Part shown: positions 62,675 through 64,000 of the stretch, piece by piece | Numbering within the stretch: the stretch's first letter is position 1 | How the letters are laid out: each line of letters starts with the position of its first letter | Assembly (NCBI GenBank): GCA_010093745.1 | Contig: MU005958.1 | Location: forward strand, 434,001 to 498,000 | Source: Piedraia hortae CBS 480.64 | Taxonomy: Eukaryota | Reading direction: 5' to 3' | DNA: 64,000 nucleotides | Notes under the pieces: generated by a model | The model's database searches: none | Seen by the model: the letters and a program-made list of their open reading frames with translations, nothing else | What the model was told of the DNA's origin: nothing | Position numbers and translations under genes: made by a program

Positions 62675-64000
62675 TGTTGTGTTTAAATTTAGGACAATGG
62701 GATAGTGCGAGAGTATGCTGATGGGTGCGCCTTGCCATTGTTTGAGCTGAAAAATAATCGTGGTGTTTGTTTAAGTTGTTGAGTTATGTTGGGTGTGGTT
62801 GGGATTTTTATGGAGGGATGCTGTGTGACTGACTTGTCGAGGACTACTGTTGCGAGGTGTCTTTTTCCATGGCAAAGGGGGGGGGGGTTTCTGTGTATCA
62901 CCAGACCATCTTGTCGTTTTTGACCCTAGCGGACCCAATTGCATCGTCACACCACTTCCATATCGCAATGCCACATTAGCATCCAAGATAAATCATCTTA
63001 TGACCCATGAGCTTTCAGTCGATCTGTTCACTGATCAACACCAAGCTCACAAGATCTTTCTATGCGAATGAGTCATGATGAGAATATTCCGCTGTCTCAC
63101 TTACGAATTTCACACACATATTAACAATATTGCTTGGATTGATTCTTGGGTTTGGTTCAAATCGTTGTGGATGAACATAATTCAGTCAATATTGGCATGA
63201 TAAGTATCTCCAGGCGATTGGTAAATTTGAAGGACTCAACCATCCTAGGAAGATAGAATTGTGCGTACTATGATACCTGCCTACTTTTATGTGCTGCAAC
63301 GCAATAGTGCACGGTCATACGTTATCGGACGCCGGCGTGGCACCAAATCTGTTATGGAAATCTGATTGGCTTCAATCTTCTATGAGAACACTATTCTACT
63401 ATACCACCATGCATCGATTAGCTTCCATCGCAAACGTCTGAAAAGCTTGCTTCGGTGGGAAAAACTATCTTTCCCTGCTTCATCCAAGACAATATCACAA
63501 TCGCCGAGCAGCAGATCCGTCACGGCTTGTGACATCTCCAGTGTTCATTCCCCCTCAATCCGAAAAAGACTCCTGTGATGCGCAGTTCGGATGAAAAGGC
63601 ATGAATACACCCATGTTGCCCAGTTCCTAAGGCGGGAATGGAAACTGAACGGAGAGGACCATGTACCGTATACCTCATGTTAAAGGTGATTAGGTTTCAC
63701 AGACCTACTTATCCCGTCATCTGACATCAAGTTCTATGTACTTGGTATATATCTTTTTCTTTTTTCTTAAAAAGAAAAAAAAGCCGAAAGATGAACAGCC
63801 GTGGCAGTCTTACCCCCGTTGCCAGAGTGCCGTGGCAATTTCAGAGGTATAGATGTACAGAGATGGGTTCGAAGATATCAAAGTTTGAGCTGTAAAGGAA
63901 ATCTGCTCAGCTCGTTTTTACTTCTTGGCAGAGGGAACTCCGCCCATGCTGCAGATTTTGTAATTACAACCCTTTCCTCGTCGCGAGGCCTTCCTATCCT

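Overview
Gene-dense eukaryotic DNA from a filamentous ascomycete. Introns are mostly 44-62 nt GT-AG with CTRAC-type branch sites, and intergenic gaps are very short; a compact Dothideomycete-like genome is my inference. About 25 recognisable housekeeping genes: KH-domain protein (partial), ILV6, ARG3, DUF3712 membrane protein, RHO1, a C2H2 TF, VFA1, RUS1 family, MetR/Cys-3 bZIP, DUF3984, STS1, RGS, a CAMKK/Sak1-like kinase, CWF18, PPR, NAA10, BCAA aminotransferase, Alba-like, AHC1, BSD2, MED14, ATG22, TSR3, GGA, UBL-AN1, DOP1, MON1 and an ASPM-like protein. I saw no tRNA, rRNA, transposon or CRISPR. The most striking unexplained signal is a recurring 0.5-1.5 kb bipolar composition island: the + strand is C/A-rich, then flips abruptly to G/T-rich (centres near 13.5, 31.1, 32.3, 41.1, 52.3, 59.95 and 62.5 kb). 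The islands cut through coding sequence and remodel amino-acid composition. They also coincide with two broken genes missed by the ORF track: a spliced stand-alone Clr2 N-terminal domain gene with one in-frame TAG, and an MJ1316 RNA-end-recognition domain pseudogene. Family assignments come from remembered motifs, not database searches.
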